A stretch of 64,000 nt of DNA from Fistulifera solaris (taxonomy: Eukaryota), in the NCBI GenBank assembly GCA_030295235.1, contig AP026124.1, positions 2,046,001-2,110,000 of the forward strand. The letters run 5' to 3'. Below, one piece after another: positions 62,948 to 64,000 of the stretch. How positions within the stretch are numbered: the first letter of the stretch is position 1; every line of letters begins with the position of its first letter. The position numbers were made by a program, and so were the translations under genes. Below the pieces are notes generated by a model that saw only the letters and a list, made by a program, of their open reading frames with translations, was not told the DNA's origin and searched no databases.

Positions 62948-63793
62948 TGTGAAAAATGAAAAACAAAAACAAAAACAAATTGGCGGAAATCATCGGGTTG
63001 TAGCTCCGACTGGATTCAATCACGAGTCGTCACTTTGACTATTTAATTTCACTTTCACCGCAACAGTGAAATTTCGCCGCAACAATGAAACAGCAACAAA
63101 CGTTTTTTTCAGGAAAGTTGAAATACCTGGAATAACCGCTCCTCGATACGACAAGCCACAGATAGATTATCCAGTCATCGATATTGTTGCCGCTGACGAT
63201 GTAGTTGGGAAGGCTTTCGTCCGTCTTGTATGGGATTGCATCGCCGTTGTTTGCAAGCAAACAAGAAAAAACAATCGAAATCATGCAAGGTTACTCAATA
63301 AATGAACATCCACGAGACGAAATCATTATGTTTTCGTTTGCAATATTACCGATTACTTTCCACTTCTACGGTCAGAAAATAAGTGAAGAGCACAGCAGCA
63401 AACACAACAATAGAGAACAGAACAAAATAAACTTGTCTATCAAGTGTACTATATCGCGTCAATCTACTTGGTCTTCTCCTAAATCAAGAATAGACGACCG
63501 AAGCAGCAATCGCGGTGGCTTTCATGAAAAATGAAGGACTCATCATCATGGAAGCCGAGCTAATTTCCTGCTTCTGAACCAAGCCGTTCCGACATCCTCC
63601 CAGATTTTTTTCTGGTGAGACGATACCAGTACTGGTACCTCAGTCTTCTCTAGAATGGAATTCGTGACTGATTTTGCGCTGAGAGCCATACATTTTCTGG
63701 AAGCGGCGATTTTTTTTTTCCTTCATGATTATTGTGTTCTTTTGTCCATCGCAATACTGGCAGTAGTTGAACCGATAGCTGCACAATAATAGT

Positions 63794-64000
63794 ATGCCCA
63801 AGAAATCGAAAGCACAAATAAAGCGTTTAGCCAAGCGAGCAGAAGCGCGGGGTGAAGTCTACGAAGCTCCAGTAACACCAGTTACCACAGAGGAATCATC
63901 GTCTTCCGCCCAACTGACGAATGTCAAATTACTCGCCGCAAGGCGATTGCAGCAAGAGCTTCTAGACATTGAAAAAGATGAATCGATGAAAGCCAAAGAT
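63794..64000 (+). CDS. 5' end of a hypothetical basic protein (partial)
   Basis: ATG at 63794 stays open to the window end: MPKKSKAQIKRLAKRAEARGEVYEAP... Confidence 0.6.
   Translation, partial: MPKKSKAQIKRLAKRAEARGEVYEAPVTPVTTEESSSSAQLTNVKLLAARRLQQELLDIEKDESMKAKD

Noticed and set aside
63794..64000. Ubiquitin-conjugating E2 (ARRLQQEL)
   Set aside because: Only a short helix-like match. The window ends before any diagnostic E2 motif.

Overview
Gene-dense eukaryotic nuclear DNA, most likely from a diatom (compact spacing, short GT-AG introns, signal-peptide plus AF/SF-type plastid presequences). About 30 protein genes are present, mostly housekeeping: Rad9-like, LENG8/THP3, Sec62, RluA, RPN1, CIA30-domain, SNM1/PSO2, a tandem SGNH pair, PH-EDR2, Gfo/Idh/MocA, Mpp10, EngB, NSUN6-like, SF1, a giant Nup214-like FG nucleoporin, ATP11, beta-NAC, HCF107/Mbb1-like, M1AP-like, AP-3 mu, LON-N, DDX55/SPB4 and an LRR protein. 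A MYND-finger pseudogene is also present. Many genes are split by 1-bp indels in homopolymer runs, almost certainly long-read consensus errors. The most interesting signals are non-coding: (1) a U17/snR30-like H/ACA RNA inside the unusually long DDX55 intron; (2) an ~80-bp hairpin element in 3 copies with locus-specific CCRG flanking direct repeats; (3) a 23-bp dyad motif, CCAYGACT-N5-TCAGTCAYGA, recurring only between genes; (4) a TACCWGGTA palindrome found in 8 intergenic regions. All family assignments come from recalled motifs, not from database searches.
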